A DNA stretch of 64,000 bases from Callorhinchus milii (taxonomy: Eukaryota): positions 26,414,001-26,478,000 of the forward strand of contig NW_024704742.1 of NCBI RefSeq assembly GCF_018977255.1, read 5' to 3'. The notes beneath the pieces were generated by a model. The model made no database searches. It was given only the letters and a program-made list of their open reading frames with translations, and was not told the DNA's origin. The position numbers were made by a program, and so were the translations under genes. Of the stretch, positions 63,630 to 64,000 are shown in pieces; positions within the stretch are counted from its first letter, which is position 1; the number at the start of each line of letters is the position of its first letter.

Positions 63630-64000
63630 ATATTAACAATGAAAATAATCCTTGTACTTGATATAGCAGTTTATTCACATCATCGAGACATCCAATAGGA
63701 TATGGTACCATGGATTAATCTGCTTAAATTGCATTGTTGTGCTTTTGGAATTTGTTTAAACAAAGTGGCTTCAGTTCCAGGTAGGAATACAGTTGTTGAG
63801 CTGAGTGCTGGGCATTTTACCGTTTGGAGGTTTGAAGGTATTAGTTACTGAGCAATAAGAGGAGTTTCTATTGATGGCCAGTTTTTCACTAGCAGAATTC
63901 AGACTTGTCCTGCACAATGAATTGCACAGTCATTACGGATAAAAAGGGTAACTTGAGTTTGGGCAGGTGACAACAGTGAGGATGTGGTTGTCCAAATACA

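Overview
Vertebrate nuclear DNA, not prokaryotic. The repeat content (tRNA/L2-tail SINEs, DeuSINE-type SINEs, CR1 and L2 LINE debris, a Penelope-type remnant) suggests a cartilaginous fish, possibly a chimaera; the species assignment is inference. I reconstructed two spliced genes by hand from GT-AG sites and reading-frame phase. (1) WFS1 (wolframin), + strand, 7 coding exons, 47376-63007, about 879 aa. Its first coding exon appears to carry one extra C just after the ATG. (2) A divergent minus-strand gene, ATG at 43769, with 11 shared coding exons plus two alternative C-terminal exons (about 557 or 565 aa). It encodes an HMG20A/B-type HMG box and C-terminal coiled coil, with a matrin/U1-type C-x2-C-x12-H-x5-H zinc finger on its own exon between them. 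Canonical HMG20A/B lack this finger, so this gene is the most novel item in the window. A probable first exon of a third minus-strand gene lies at about 8.2-8.6 kb (JAKMIP1 by synteny only). The 5' ends of all three genes are surrounded by large strand-asymmetric mini/microsatellites, which generate most of the long ORFs in the track; those ORFs are spurious.
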